From NCBI GenBank assembly GCA_964651815.1, contig CAZYWG010000011.1, forward strand, positions 1,056 to 65,055: a stretch of 64,000 nt of DNA, given 5' to 3'. Made by a program: the position numbers and the translations under genes. This document shows, piece after piece, positions 9,361 to 18,944 of the stretch (position 1 is the first letter of the stretch; the number at the start of each line of letters is the position of its first letter). The notes beneath the pieces were generated by a model. The model made no database searches. It was not told the DNA's origin and saw nothing but the letters and a program-made list of their open reading frames with translations. The stretch is from an uncultured Gammaproteobacteria bacterium. GTDB taxonomy: Bacteria > Patescibacteriota > Microgenomatia > Levybacterales > GWA1-39-11.

Positions 9361-10593
9361 ATGATGCGTACTATCCTTCACGTTGATTTTGACTCTTTTT
9401 TTGCTTCATGCGAACAGCATTTCAATCCAAATCTCCGTGGAAAGCCAATTGGAGTGACGGCGGAAAATGGGCGCAATGCAGTTATTGCTGCTTCACGCGA
9501 GGCAAAACGTCTTGGTGTTAAAAGCCCAAATACCACTTGGGAGGCAAAAAGAATTTGCCCGGAGATTCAATTTGTAAAAGCAGATTTTGAGAGATATCTC
9601 GAAATAACAAAAAAGTTATTACAAATAGCATGTCGTTATTCTCCGGTTGTTGAATTATTTTCGCTCGACGAAGTATTTATTGATTTAACACCAGTTAAAA
9701 ATCTTTACCCCACTACTCTATATGTTGTGGAAGATTTTAAAAAGCGGCTCCGGGAAGAAATTGGTACCGCAATCACGGTTTCTGTAGGCTCGTCATACAA
9801 CAAGCTTTTAGCAAAGCTCGCAACAAGCCTTAATAAGCCTGATGGATATGGTGAAATAGATACAGCCAATAAAGAAAAAGTTTTTTATCAAATAAAGCTC
9901 ACTGAAATTATGGGAATTGGCGCAAGATTCGAAAGGCGCTTAAATATGCTTGGTATATATACCTTCAAACAACTTGAAGAATACCCAATTTATTTATTAA
10001 AAGCGGAATTTGGCAATGTAGCTTCTCAAAATTTGAAAGCGCTTTCTATGGGGATAGATGATTCACCCGTTGTCTCATATTTGGAAGAAGTTGAGGCAAA
10101 ATCTGTAGGACGTAATTATTGCCTTCCTGAAAATACATATGACAAAGAAAAAAATTTGAAGACTATTTATGAGTTATGTGAAGAGATTGCAATTAAATTA
10201 AGGAGGTTAAAAATGAAAACAAGGACAGTCGGACTTTTTTTGCATGGAAATGAGTCTGCAGGGGCCAGAAAAACTATAACTCGTTATACAAATACAGCAG
10301 GCGACATTTTTGAAATTTGTTCTGCTTTTTTTAAAAAATGGGACTTGGAATATGTCAGGCAAGTGAGCGTTTGGGCAGGGAATTTGATTGAAGAAAAATA
10401 TACTACTATTTCTATGTTTGATGACCCTAAAAAAGATATAGTCCAGTCTACAATTGACAAAATTAATGACCGCTTTGGGCATCATACTATCAGAAATGGA
10501 TATTTGGTGGATTCTGCTCAACTTCATACAAAACCTAACGGTTTCATGGCTGATAGGTGGCAGAGAAAAGAAATCAGTAACATCCGTACTTAA
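9361..10593 (+). CDS. dinB: Y-family DNA polymerase (Pol IV/DinB)
   Basis: LHVDFDSFFASCE, SLDEVFID and KLLAKLA..KPDG motifs. Confidence 0.92.
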   Translation: MMRTILHVDFDSFFASCEQHFNPNLRGKPIGVTAENGRNAVIAASREAKRLGVKSPNTTWEAKRICPEIQFVKADFERYLEITKKLLQIACRYSPVVELFSLDEVFIDLTPVKNLYPTTLYVVEDFKKRLREEIGTAITVSVGSSYNKLLAKLATSLNKPDGYGEIDTANKEKVFYQIKLTEIMGIGARFERRLNMLGIYTFKQLEEYPIYLLKAEFGNVASQNLKALSMGIDDSPVVSYLEEVEAKSVGRNYCLPENTYDKEKNLKTIYELCEEIAIKLRRLKMKTRTVGLFLHGNESAGARKTITRYTNTAGDIFEICSAFFKKWDLEYVRQVSVWAGNLIEEKYTTISMFDDPKKDIVQSTIDKINDRFGHHTIRNGYLVDSAQLHTKPNGFMADRWQRKEISNIRT

Positions 10594-10640
10594 CATCCTA
10601 TAATATTGACATTTTGGATTGGTTTTGCTATAATCCCCAA

Positions 10641-11564
10641 ATGGACAAAAATATAGAGCGTTCCTTAGCAGCCGCGAGGTCTACGGAAGCACACAGAATA
10701 GACCTTTTTACAAGGGTAAAAAACAACCGTGAAAGAGACCTCAGACGAGCATCATTTGTAAGAAAAATGTTCTCAGGAAGTATGAAAGCAGATATTGATG
10801 AAGTAACTGCTAAGCTCAGTGGTGCACGTAATAAATATGAGTTTCTAAACACCATAGTAGATTTTGATTTTACCCCTGAAGGAGGTTGGACATTAAAAGG
10901 AAATTTCCGTGGAAATCCATTTACTCTCGATCGCTTGACTGAAGCACAAAAACGTTCGCAAAGAAAGCTAGTAGACTATGTAGTAAGTCTTAATGGCCGA
11001 GTAATAGATGATAATGGACCTATTGTCAGGACATACGTCCCAATAGTTAATGATTTACTTCAAAGAGCCGGATTAGGCGGAAGAACACAGCAAGATAGAA
11101 CCGGAGGGCAAGGAAGAGCCAGAGGCCAAAGCAGAACCAATGACCGTGCTGGTGGACAAGAATGGACTGGTTGGGAAGGAAGAACAGGCGGACAAGGAAA
11201 TGACGGACAAAGAAGTAGGACTGGTGGACAAGCGGGTGGCCGTACAGGCTCAAGTGGTTCTGAATCAAATCGAAGACGAGAGGGTCGGGTTGATCCTAGG
11301 GACCATCTTGGATATTTTGCTACTCTTGGGCTTAACCCGGACGAACTTAGCGGCTTAACAGATGCCCAAATTAGTAAAAAAATAAGGGATAAATTCCGTC
11401 CTCTAGCACATAAATATCATGCGGACCTTAATCCTAACGATAAAAATGCAGAAGAAATGATGAAAAAGGTAAATGTTGCCAACGATACACTCTCTAAACC
11501 TGATAAAAGAAAAGAATACATGACAAGAACTGGAGAGTTTGAGCCAAACGGCAGAGATCATTAA
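10641..11564 (+). CDS. C-terminal J-domain-like protein with Gly/Arg-rich repeat linker
   Basis: YFATLGL...FRPLAHKYHADLN...AEEMMKKVNVANDTLSKPDKRKEY matches a J-domain, with HAD in place of HPD; RTGGQ repeats. Confidence 0.7.
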   Translation: MDKNIERSLAAARSTEAHRIDLFTRVKNNRERDLRRASFVRKMFSGSMKADIDEVTAKLSGARNKYEFLNTIVDFDFTPEGGWTLKGNFRGNPFTLDRLTEAQKRSQRKLVDYVVSLNGRVIDDNGPIVRTYVPIVNDLLQRAGLGGRTQQDRTGGQGRARGQSRTNDRAGGQEWTGWEGRTGGQGNDGQRSRTGGQAGGRTGSSGSESNRRREGRVDPRDHLGYFATLGLNPDELSGLTDAQISKKIRDKFRPLAHKYHADLNPNDKNAEEMMKKVNVANDTLSKPDKRKEYMTRTGEFEPNGRDH

Positions 11565-11570
11565 AAACTT

Positions 11571-12485
11571 CTAGCTCAGAGTGGACTTAATAATTGAGCT
11601 TGTCAACTTCACCTTGCTAGTTTTAAACTTTTTGCCCGTTATTTTTTCATAAATTGCAATATAGCGCTTCCCTACTTGTTCAACGAATTTCTTAGTCATT
11701 TTAGGCGCTTCACCTTCCCCTTTGTACCCTTTTTCCGCATACCAAAGTCTCAAAAATTCTTTATCGAAATTTTCAGGTTCAAGACCTTTCTTAATTCGTT
11801 CAGAATACGTTTTTTTAATCCAAAAGCGAGAGCTGTCTGGCGTATGAATTTCGTCAATTAAAATAAGCTTTCCTTTATATAAGCCAAACTCGTACTTTGT
11901 ATCTACCAAAATAATTCCCGCTTTTGCGCAGATTTTTGAACCTTTGTTGAATAAAGCAAATGCCGCATCTTCCATTTGTTTATAAAGTTTTGGAGTCAAC
12001 AATTTCTGTTCTAGAATTTCTTTTTTTGTGATTCGTTCGTCGTGTCCTGAAGCGACCTTTGTTGTTGGTGTAATAACAGGTTTTGGAAGTTTATCATTCT
12101 TGTGAAGGCCGTTTGGAAATTTTATACCGTAAATTACCCTCTCCCCTTTTTCATATGATCCCCATATTGAAGTATTTGTTACGCCGGTGATGTATCCTCT
12201 TACAACAACTTCTATAGGAATTGGTGTCGCATTTTTTGCAATCATGACATTTGCGTGAGATACAGAAATCATATGGTTTTCAATAATATTTGAAGTTTGA
12301 TTAAACCAAAATTCTGAAAGTCTATTTAAAACTTGCCCTTTATTTGGAATAAAGCCCAAAACGCGGTCAAAAGCAGAAATTCTATCTGTAGCTATAAGGG
12401 CTAGTTTGTCGCCTAAAACATAGCAATCACGGACTTTTCCTGTATATTTTTCTCCCAGGCCTTTAAAATTAGTGGTTTTTAGCAT
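11571..12485 (-). CDS. purC: SAICAR synthetase
   Basis: GKVRD, TDRISAFD, LVDTKYEFG and DEIHTPDSSRFW motifs. Confidence 0.95.
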   Translation of the reverse strand: MLKTTNFKGLGEKYTGKVRDCYVLGDKLALIATDRISAFDRVLGFIPNKGQVLNRLSEFWFNQTSNIIENHMISVSHANVMIAKNATPIPIEVVVRGYITGVTNTSIWGSYEKGERVIYGIKFPNGLHKNDKLPKPVITPTTKVASGHDERITKKEILEQKLLTPKLYKQMEDAAFALFNKGSKICAKAGIILVDTKYEFGLYKGKLILIDEIHTPDSSRFWIKKTYSERIKKGLEPENFDKEFLRLWYAEKGYKGEGEAPKMTKKFVEQVGKRYIAIYEKITGKKFKTSKVKLTSSIIKSTLS

Positions 12486-12551
12486 TATGCAAAGATTGTC
12501 ATTGCAAGCAATCTCGAGTAAGAGTTTGCTTCACTTCGTTCGCAAAGATAG

Positions 12552-13070
12552 TTATTTTTCCTTTAGATATTGTTTGAATTTCACTTTTTCCAATTTCTCC
12601 GCCTTTTCCAAAACGTTTTTTTCCAGGGTTTTTTTATATGCCTGGAGCTTCTTTTGAAGATCAGTATCGCTAAGTGCCAGGATTTGAACAGCCAAAAGCC
12701 CGGCATTTTTAGAACCGTTGACCGAAACTGTTGCAACAGGGATCCCAGGCGGCATTTGGACAATTGAAAGAAGAGAATCAAGCCCTTCCATAGCCTTAGT
12801 TTTAATAGGGACACCAATTACGGGTAAAGTAGTTTCTGATGCCGTCATTCCGGGTAAATGTGCAGAACCGCCTGCACCTGCAATTATAACTTTTAAACCT
12901 CGCTCGTCTGCTTTTTTTGCATAGTCTTTCATTCTACTCGGCGTTCTATGAGCTGAAACTACGGTGAGTTCGTACCCTACCCCAAACTCGTCAAGGATTT
13001 TTGCAGCGTCTTGCATCACTGGAAGGTCTGTATCGCTGCCCATAATAATTCCTACTTGTAATTTATCCAT
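12552..13070 (-). CDS. purE: N5-CAIR mutase
   Basis: [35 protein letters not shown] motifs. Confidence 0.97.
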   Translation of the reverse strand: MDKLQVGIIMGSDTDLPVMQDAAKILDEFGVGYELTVVSAHRTPSRMKDYAKKADERGLKVIIAGAGGSAHLPGMTASETTLPVIGVPIKTKAMEGLDSLLSIVQMPPGIPVATVSVNGSKNAGLLAVQILALSDTDLQKKLQAYKKTLEKNVLEKAEKLEKVKFKQYLKEK

Positions 13071-13116
13071 TAGATTCTTATACCATTCGCAAGCTTAATT
13101 GGCAAGACGCTCTAGA

Positions 13117-13794
13117 TTATCCGTTTTCATGTATAGTTGAAAGACCTCTTATTCTCCTATTAACCTCAAGTCTTGTTCCGTCTCTTCTGTCTAAAATTTC
13201 AAATACTGATTTGAACTCTTCACGCAACTCCGGAGTCATTTGAAAAGGAATCAGTCTTCCTCTTATACCATCTATTACTGAGGTGTCTGCTGGAGTAAAC
13301 ATCAATTCATAGGTTCCTTTGAATAGGTCGAAATGAAGACGATCGTTAACAGCAACAATAGATCCATCGGGAAGAAACGTTTCGGCTCTTTTGCCTGAAG
13401 AATAGCCCGGTAGTACGTTTGAAGTTGTATTGCTCAAGTCTATATCAAAATCTGAATAGAACTTTTCGATAGAACCTGCGAGTTTGTCTCTATGAACATT
13501 AATTCTTCTGACTTTCGCGCCCTCCCCGTAAATTTTACCAACGAGCCCAGATAAAGTAGGAGGTAAAGCGATTGATGTGTCTAATTCATTCTCCTCTGTA
13601 ACCAAAGATAAAGTAGAGCCCGCTTTATCCGTAAACCAAGGGTTGACCCCATGGTCAGAGCACAGCGCATTGAACTTTCTATCCAAAACTCCAGTGAACT
13701 CAATCGTTTCAGGGCTCAACCGATCCGCATGACCTTCGGAACCGGTTAATGGCGCTCCGAAACCCGAAAATTGTTCGATCCCACGACTCATCAT
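13117..13794 (-). CDS. Hypothetical protein between purK and purE
   Basis: 225-aa ORF abutting purK; no recognisable motif. Confidence 0.55.
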   Translation of the reverse strand: MMSRGIEQFSGFGAPLTGSEGHADRLSPETIEFTGVLDRKFNALCSDHGVNPWFTDKAGSTLSLVTEENELDTSIALPPTLSGLVGKIYGEGAKVRRINVHRDKLAGSIEKFYSDFDIDLSNTTSNVLPGYSSGKRAETFLPDGSIVAVNDRLHFDLFKGTYELMFTPADTSVIDGIRGRLIPFQMTPELREEFKSVFEILDRRDGTRLEVNRRIRGLSTIHENG

Positions 13795-13795
13795 A

Positions 13796-14935
13796 TTAAA
13801 TCTCCAGCATTCTACGAGCTTTATTAGCTTTTTTCAAGCACTCTTCAATATTGTTGCCTACAACAGTAATATGCCCCATTTTCCTTGCCGGTCTTGATTC
13901 CTTTTTTCCGTACATATGGATTGTAACACCCGGAATTTTAAGAGCCTTCTCAATTCCAATAGGCACGCCATTGCCTGTCTTTGTCCCCAAAATATTTTTC
14001 ATTACTGCCGCTTTTGGAATCATTTTGGTAGACCCCAAACGCAATCCGGAAATTGCCCTGATATGTTGTTCAAATTGGGACGTGACAGACGCTTCAATTG
14101 TTAAATGGCCGGAATTATGGACTCTAGGCGCAATTTCATTAATCAACAAATTGTCACCTTTAACCAAAAACATTTCAATACCAAAAACACCGGCCCCTTT
14201 CAATTGGGCAACAGTCTTTTTTGCAAGTTTTAATGCATTTGTACTCGCTTTTTTTGAAATTCTGGCAGGCGCAATCACCATATCGCAAATGTTGTCTTTG
14301 TGGATTGTCTCAACAGGCGGATAAGTTGCTATTTCCCCGTCTGGAGTACGGGCAACAACAACGGCCACCTCTTTGACAAATGGCACAAACTTTTCAACGT
14401 AAAGGTTGCGCCCTTTAAGCTTCTCAAGACCCAGTTTAATATCATTTTGATTTTTAACTAGCGCATTTCCCCGTCCGTCATACGCGTCAGTTCTGGCTTT
14501 TAACAAAAAAGGGTAACCAAATTTTTTAGCTGCCTTTTCAATACTTGATTCATTTGTAACTTCCATAAATTCGGCGGTTGGGATTTTATTTTCTTGCAGA
14601 AATTTCTTTTGAAAAAATTTATCCCTAATTATTGAAAGGGTTTTGGGGTTGGGATGAACAGTTTTGCCAGCCTTAACAAGTTTTTCAAGTGCTTCGTCAT
14701 TTGCGAGCTCAATTTCAAAGGTTATTACATCTGACATTTCTCCAAGTTTTGCAATTGCCGCCGCGTCTTTATAGTCTGCTACTATTTGTAAATCTGCAAT
14801 CTGGCCAGCCGGACTTTGCGGCGTAGGATCAGTCACCGTAACTGAATAGCCCATTTTCTTGGCAGCTTGGGTTAACATTCGGCCTAATTGCCCTCCACCA
14901 ACTATGCCAATTTTAGAAACTCGTGATGTCTTCAT
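13796..14935 (-). CDS. purK: N5-CAIR synthetase (ATP-grasp)
   Basis: GGGQLGRM, YDGRGN, NEIAPRVHNSGH, RKMGH. Start placed at MKTSRV (14935) because the longer ORF overlaps the tRNA. Confidence 0.95.
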   Translation of the reverse strand: MKTSRVSKIGIVGGGQLGRMLTQAAKKMGYSVTVTDPTPQSPAGQIADLQIVADYKDAAAIAKLGEMSDVITFEIELANDEALEKLVKAGKTVHPNPKTLSIIRDKFFQKKFLQENKIPTAEFMEVTNESSIEKAAKKFGYPFLLKARTDAYDGRGNALVKNQNDIKLGLEKLKGRNLYVEKFVPFVKEVAVVVARTPDGEIATYPPVETIHKDNICDMVIAPARISKKASTNALKLAKKTVAQLKGAGVFGIEMFLVKGDNLLINEIAPRVHNSGHLTIEASVTSQFEQHIRAISGLRLGSTKMIPKAAVMKNILGTKTGNGVPIGIEKALKIPGVTIHMYGKKESRPARKMGHITVVGNNIEECLKKANKARRMLEI

Positions 14936-15010
14936 GTACTCTAGCCATTTTAAACTAATGGACAAGATTTTCAATAGCCCGCCGTATTTGATAGAATTGA
15001 TGGTGTCTTG

Positions 15011-15082
15011 GCCTTCGTAGCTCAATGGATAGAGTGCTGGTCTTCGGAACCAGTGATGAGAGTTCGATTCTCTCCGAAGGCG
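15011..15082 (+). tRNA. tRNA-Arg(TCG)
   Basis: Acceptor stem GCCTTCG/CGAAGGC; anticodon arm CTGGT-CTTCGGA-ACCAG; T-loop TTCGATT. Confidence 0.92.
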
Positions 15083-15106
15083 CAGGTTTATTCTTTTTAG
15101 TTTATT

Positions 15107-15379
15107 ATGGATAACGCAGATTGGTATTTATACATTGTGGAATGTTCTGATAAGTCACTTTATACTGGGATAACAAAAGATATAGAAAGACGCGTAAAGG
15201 AGCATAATTTCTCAAACAGAGGTGCAAAATCAATTAAATTCAAACGTCCGGTTTGCTTAGTTTATTCAGAGTTGTATAATAATCATTCTGACGCAGCACG
15301 CAGAGAGCTTGAAATTAAAAGTTGGCGAAGGGAAAGGAAATTAAAGTTGATAGAAACTGGATTAAACCCAAAAGTGTAA
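15107..15379 (+). CDS. GIY-YIG nuclease superfamily protein (UPF0213-like)
   Basis: YLYIVECSDKSLYTGIT...RRVKEHN...ARRELEIK. Confidence 0.88.
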   Translation: MDNADWYLYIVECSDKSLYTGITKDIERRVKEHNFSNRGAKSIKFKRPVCLVYSELYNNHSDAARRELEIKSWRRERKLKLIETGLNPKV

Positions 15380-15431
15380 GGGTTTAATCCTGAAGTTTTT
15401 TATAAGTTTGCATTTATTTTGTAAACTTTCA

Positions 15432-15504
15432 GGGCCGCTAGCTCAATTGGTAGAGCAATTCCCTCTTAAGGAATAGGTTCAGGGTCCGATTCCCTGGCGG
15501 CTCA
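15432..15504 (+). tRNA. tRNA-Lys(CTT)
   Basis: Acceptor GGGCCGC/GCGGCTC; anticodon arm ATTCC-CTCTTAA-GGAAT; T-loop reads TCCGATT. Confidence 0.88.
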
Positions 15505-15656
15505 CAAAAGTTAAAAGCAATTTTAATTGATTCGAAATTATTTAAATATTAATGAGTATGCTTCGATAGGGGCCATTTCAGCTCATCTTCAGCCTCCTCC
15601 TTTATAAATGAAGCGTGTGTTGATATAATCAGGTATAGAAACTGCCTCAAGAATTT

Positions 15657-16601
15657 ATGCAAAAAGATTTTTCAATTGTTGTCCCCGTGTATAACGAACA
15701 AGAAAGTGTGAGAGAGCTTGTTTTAAATATCCAAAAAGCGTTTTCAAAGATGAAGAAAACTTATGAAATACTTTTTGTTGATGATGGGTCTAATGACAAT
15801 ACGCTCGAAATACTAAAAACACTCGAACGAGAATTTAAAAATGTCAAGATTTACTCTTTCAGAAGAAATTTGGGAAAATCCCCAGCACTAACTCTTGGTT
15901 TTCAAAAAGCCACAGGTAAGTTTGTTGTCACCATGGATGGAGATCTACAAGATGACCCAATAAATATCCTGAGACTATATCAGAAGCTGACACATGGAGG
16001 ATTTGACCTTGTAACGGGTTGGAGAAAAGAAAGAAAAGATGGGATATTTAAAAAATTGTCATCAAAACTTTTTAATAAAATCGCAATCCCCTTCTTGTTT
16101 AGTTTAAAACTCAATGACCTTAATAGTGGACTAAAAATTTACAGATTAGAACTTGCCCGAGAACTTAAAATATATGGGGGTATGCACAGATTTATTCCTG
16201 TGATTGCAAACGAAATGGGTTACAAAGTTTCAGAAATTGACACTATTCACCACGCCAGAAAATACGGAGTATCAAAATACAAATTCTCAAAAATGTTTAC
16301 GGATATTCCGGATCTTATGACAATTTATTTTATTACAAAATATAATCGCAGACCGCTTCATTTTTTTGGAAAAATAGGATCGTTTGTTTTAGTAATCGGA
16401 ATTATTATTCTTATTTATCTTTCAATTCTTCATTTCATGGGACAGGCAATTGGGGACAGACCACTTTTAATGTTTGGTATTTTACTTGTGATCGCAGGTA
16501 TTCAGACTATCTTTACTGGACTAATAGCAGACCTGATTGTTAACTTTAACAATAGAGGTGAAGCCACGTTTCCAATAAAGTACGAAACTCGAGCAATTTA
16601 A
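15657..16601 (+). CDS. GT2 polyprenol-phosphate glycosyltransferase
   Basis: VVPVYNE, VDDGS, MDGDLQDDP, HRFIP; two C-terminal TM helices. Confidence 0.9.
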   Translation: MQKDFSIVVPVYNEQESVRELVLNIQKAFSKMKKTYEILFVDDGSNDNTLEILKTLEREFKNVKIYSFRRNLGKSPALTLGFQKATGKFVVTMDGDLQDDPINILRLYQKLTHGGFDLVTGWRKERKDGIFKKLSSKLFNKIAIPFLFSLKLNDLNSGLKIYRLELARELKIYGGMHRFIPVIANEMGYKVSEIDTIHHARKYGVSKYKFSKMFTDIPDLMTIYFITKYNRRPLHFFGKIGSFVLVIGIIILIYLSILHFMGQAIGDRPLLMFGILLVIAGIQTIFTGLIADLIVNFNNRGEATFPIKYETRAI

Positions 16602-18943
16602 TGGATAAAATAAAAACCTTTGCTAAATTTTTTTTAGGTTTTCCATTATCAATTATTTCTATCTACTTTATTTTTAAATTCATTGCAAATGAATGGCCAC
16701 AGGTTTCAAGCCATTTGTTTAGTTTAAATCCTGTAGGAGCAGTCTTAGGAGTTTTTTTTCTATTTTTATTTTTTTTATTTCGTTCGCTCACATGGAATAG
16801 TCTTCTTGAGACTGAAGGTTACGAGGTCCCTCCCGTATATGCCACTTATCTACTTTCAGTTTCCGAGATAAAAAGGTATATCCCGGGGAGTGTATTGGGA
16901 TTTTTAAGTAGGGTTAATAATTTTGGCGAGTTTAAGATTCCAGCAAAAAAAGTGGTCCAACTTATTTTCTACGAAAGCATAATTTTTTTGCTTACAAGCA
17001 TTGCTTTATCAATTCCGTCCCTAATAATGTTGGCGCAAAGAATCAGGCTTAATTACCTAGAAATCGCGGCAGCCTTGTTAGTGCTTTTAACTTTTTTCAT
17101 TGTCCTCATTTTTTCGGTTTTAAAGATAAAAAAAACAATTACTGTAAAAAATGTTTTTTTGAACCTCAAAAAATACAAGAAATCCGTAATTTTTATGATG
17201 GTAGCCTGGATTTTATTTGGCATTGGTAATTATTTGGTTGGAGCATCCCTAAACTATCTTGACCCAAGTAAAATATTTGAGTTTTCATCTTTATTTATTT
17301 TGTCGTGGCTTGCAGGGTATTTAATTTTAATAGCACCCCTAGGACTAGGGGTAAGGGAGGGTGCCGTGACGTATGGACTTTCTTTTTTTATGCCTGTCCC
17401 GTTAGCTGCAGCGATTGCAATTCTATCAAGGTTAGCGCTTGTTTTGTCAGAAATTCTGTTTTTAACTGTAGCATTTTTTTTCAACAAATTTGGAAAACTA
17501 CCTAAGAGAATTGACTACCATTTAGTATTGCTTTGGGGCGCTATTGTGTCTTATATTGCTTATTTTTCTTATGTTTCTTTTGAAAAGTATAACAATTTTT
17601 TCTCCGGTAGGTTTGATCTCGGTAATATGGATCAGACTGTTTGGAATACAATACATGGGAGAATATTTGAGCTCACAAACCCTGACAGTACTCAAATAGT
17701 TTCACGTCTTGCCTTTCATGCAGATTTTATGTTGATATTGCTATCACCTCTTTATCTTATTTGGGGAGATCCAAGAATGCTACTTCTTGTTCAGAGCGTG
17801 ACTCTTGGACTCGGAGCTTTTTTTGTCTATAAAATTGGGACCAAAATTTTAGATGATAAAACGCTTTCTCTAATTTTCTCAATTTCTTACTTGCTAAATC
17901 CATGGGTTCAAAAACAAAATTTATTTGATTTCCATGCTGTGACCCTTGCGACAACTTTTTTCCTAGCTTCATTTTATTTTATTTTGGAAAAGAAATACCT
18001 GCCGTCATTTATTTTTATTGTATTATCAGCCCTTACAAAAGAAGAGGCATGGGTAATCGCCGGGCTAATGAGCTTGTATGTTTATTTTAAAACTAAACAA
18101 AAAGAATGGCTGCTATTTAGTTTAGTATCTTTTTCGTCGTTTTATTTCTTGATTACAAAGATTATTCCGAGTTTTAGGGGTGGAAGCCACTTTGCGATTA
18201 GTTATTTTAAGGACTTTGGAGATTCCCCTCCTGAGATAATAAAAAACATTGTTTTTAGACCAACAAAAACCGGATCAACCATATTTACACTGTCAAATTT
18301 CACTTATGTTTTCAAACTTTTACTACCTGTAGGATTCCTATCTGTACTTGCGCCACTTGCGCTAATTTTTGCTTTACCCGATTTTTTTATTAATATTTTT
18401 TCAAATAATGAGAATCTTAAATCACTTACATTTCACTACGCTGCGGCAATAATCCCTTTTATCTATATTTCCGCAATTTATGGTGTAAAAGTGTTGCACT
18501 TAAGAATGAATAAATCAGCTTTTAAGTTAATTGGTATTTACTTTTTAGCTTCATCTGTAGTTGCAACCTTTTTCTTAGGAACACTTCCCGGCTCCTTGCA
18601 TTCGTCTATTGAGATTTATAACAATAGCCTTGCAAATAGAGACAAAATTGAAAAATACTTGTCTCAAATTCCAGCAAGACTTAGCGTTTCTGCCTCAAAT
18701 AATTTAGGAAGCCACCTTTCGCATAGGGAAAATATATATACAATCCCTAGCGGCGTTGAGAGTGCTGACGTTGTAGTTTTCCTACTTAACGATGAATTTG
18801 CCCAACCTTCGCTTAAAGAACAGAAAAGCATGGCACAAATGTTGAAAAATAACCCTTCCTACACAGAACTGTTTCAAGTAGATGACTTTATAGCTTTTTC
18901 AAAAAAAAGCGTTGCAAAATATATTAAAAGTGACAGGTTTTAA
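16601..18943 (+). CDS. Fusion of flippase-like (LPG synthase TM/UPF0104) domain and DUF2079-like GT-C membrane protein
   Basis: N-half RYIPG...APLGLGVREG; C-half FDLGNMDQTVWN, HAD, DFH and KEE motifs. Confidence 0.7.
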   Translation: MDKIKTFAKFFLGFPLSIISIYFIFKFIANEWPQVSSHLFSLNPVGAVLGVFFLFLFFLFRSLTWNSLLETEGYEVPPVYATYLLSVSEIKRYIPGSVLGFLSRVNNFGEFKIPAKKVVQLIFYESIIFLLTSIALSIPSLIMLAQRIRLNYLEIAAALLVLLTFFIVLIFSVLKIKKTITVKNVFLNLKKYKKSVIFMMVAWILFGIGNYLVGASLNYLDPSKIFEFSSLFILSWLAGYLILIAPLGLGVREGAVTYGLSFFMPVPLAAAIAILSRLALVLSEILFLTVAFFFNKFGKLPKRIDYHLVLLWGAIVSYIAYFSYVSFEKYNNFFSGRFDLGNMDQTVWNTIHGRIFELTNPDSTQIVSRLAFHADFMLILLSPLYLIWGDPRMLLLVQSVTLGLGAFFVYKIGTKILDDKTLSLIFSISYLLNPWVQKQNLFDFHAVTLATTFFLASFYFILEKKYLPSFIFIVLSALTKEEAWVIAGLMSLYVYFKTKQKEWLLFSLVSFSSFYFLITKIIPSFRGGSHFAISYFKDFGDSPPEIIKNIVFRPTKTGSTIFTLSNFTYVFKLLLPVGFLSVLAPLALIFALPDFFINIFSNNENLKSLTFHYAAAIIPFIYISAIYGVKVLHLRMNKSAFKLIGIYFLASSVVATFFLGTLPGSLHSSIEIYNNSLANRDKIEKYLSQIPARLSVSASNNLGSHLSHRENIYTIPSGVESADVVVFLLNDEFAQPSLKEQKSMAQMLKNNPSYTELFQVDDFIAFSKKSVAKYIKSDRF

Positions 18944-18944
18944 A

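Noticed and set aside
11085-11260. Short repeats as a CRISPR array or VNTR
   Set aside because: Degenerate in-frame coding repeats (RTGGQ) with no repeat-spacer structure; no CRISPR array was seen in the window.
14936-15025. N-terminal extensions given by the ORF track for purK (also lexA, dedA, eno, 949-1758)
   Set aside because: They overlap tRNAs, promoters or neighbouring genes; downstream ATGs fit the family N-termini.
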